Shown here: positions 62,730-64,000 of the stretch, in pieces
Position numbering within the stretch: the first letter of the stretch is position 1
Layout of the letters: the number at the start of each line of letters is the position of its first letter
NCBI RefSeq assembly: GCF_963506605.1
Contig: NC_083277.1
Location: 88,412,001-88,476,000 of the forward strand
DNA: 64,000 nt
Source of the DNA: Zootoca vivipara
Lineage: Eukaryota
Reading direction: 5' to 3'
Made by a program: the position numbers and the translations under genes
The notes under the pieces: generated by a model
Databases searched by the model: none
What the model saw: only the letters and a program-made list of their open reading frames with translations
What the model was told of the DNA's origin: nothing

Positions 62730-63110
62730 AAAAGTAAAGGTAAAGGTAATGGTACACCTGACAGTTAAGTCCAGTCGCGAACGACTCTGGGGTTGTGGCA
62801 CTCATCTCGCTTTACAGGCCGAGGGAGCCGGTGTTTGTCTACTTCTGCAGACAGTTTTTCCAGGCCATGTGGCCAGCATGACTAAGCTGCTGCTGATGAA
62901 GCCAGAGCAGTGCACGGAAACGCCGTTTACCTTCCCGCTGGAGCGGTACCTATTTATCTACTTGAACTGTGTGCTTTCGAACTGCTAGGTTGGCAGGAGC
63001 AGGGACTGAACAACGGGAACTCACCCCGTCGCGGGGCCTTGAACCGCCGACCTTCCGATCGGCAAGTCTAAGCGGTGCAGTGGTTTAAACCACAGCGCCA
63101 CACGTGTCCC
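62730..63110 (-). mobile_element. Sauria SINE, full length, different subfamily
   Basis: TSD ATTGTAATGTGT and family body on the minus strand. Confidence 0.92.
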
Positions 63111-64000
63111 TGCATTGTAATGTGTTCACAGCCCTAATTGGATGAACCTTTTGCCCCTCATAAGTATATTACAGAGTATTGGGGAGGGAAAACACCCAAG
63201 GTTTCTGTAATGGCGAGTCAAAGCTGAACTCAAGTTCTTGCAGGAACCATTTTGTGAGTCGCTTCCCCCCTCTATGATAAAAGTACCCACCATGCATCTA
63301 TCAAATCTTAAACAGTTTGGGAGGAAGGGACATAGCTGCTCTTCCAACTTCCCTCATTGCTATGTTTTTCCTTGATGCTTACATGCAGATAAACAAGAGA
63401 TCCCATACATATGACAGAAGCGGATTGTCTGTCTCAACTTCTGTTCTCCCACCTCATTGTTATTTCCTCGTTGTTAATTTACTTCTCAGAAACAGAAATT
63501 GGAAAGATTTTCTAGAGCTGGCCTTGCTGTGCCACTGAAGTTGAGCCTGGACTGTCCTTGCTCCATAGACAAGGGAGGGTAAACTGGGAAGATATCTTGT
63601 TTCTGACAGTGCCATCTCTGAGTAGATGTGACATAACTTCAGAAGCTGTTGCCATAATGAACACTTTCTTTGTTCCAGTTCACTATGAAGAGCCCGTAAC
63701 AGTCTCCCTTTTTAATTTTTAAGAGTCCTGTATTTCCATGCCTGTCCCTAGTGCTTTCTGGAAGCTTGACTGTAATCTATGTGGGAGGGTTGTGTCTGGG
63801 AGTCCAATATTCTCCAGCCTGGTGCCTTCCAATATTTTGGGCTACAACTGCCCAGCCAGCATAGGGGCTGTGTTGGCAGGGGATGATGGGAGTTGTAGTC
63901 CGAAACCCTCAGCCAAAAGGCTGGGATAGCTATTGTGTTCTCTTTGACTATTTCCTCAGCCATGACCACTCTTAAGGTCCCAGTGTGTCTAGTTTGTTTG

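Overview
Vertebrate (squamate, most likely lacertid lizard) genomic DNA. This is inferred from the Sauria/Squam1 SINEs, BovB, young L2 and Squam2/3-like SINEs. The window lies inside the GAS7 gene on the + strand: about 56 kb of the long first intron, the 121-bp second coding exon (55954-56074, WW domain) and the start of intron 2. Almost all of the ORF track is spurious or transposon-derived. The intron holds many mobile elements: L2 and BovB LINE fragments, nine Sauria SINEs, hAT MITEs with 8-bp TSDs, Tc1/mariner (Tigger-like) MITEs with TA TSDs, a solo LTR and microsatellites. There are also two assembly gaps. Most notable: (1) two Penelope-like retroelement insertions form long hairpins and carry minimal hammerhead-ribozyme motifs; (2) a Sauria SINE carries a copy of the unique 3' flank of another Sauria SINE 20 kb away in the same intron; (3) a young CpG-island-like hAT MITE is packed with NRF1/ETS motifs; (4) SINEs and MITEs are nested in each other reciprocally; (5) there are candidate alternative first exons of GAS7. 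Family names come from recognition of sequence hallmarks, not from database searches.
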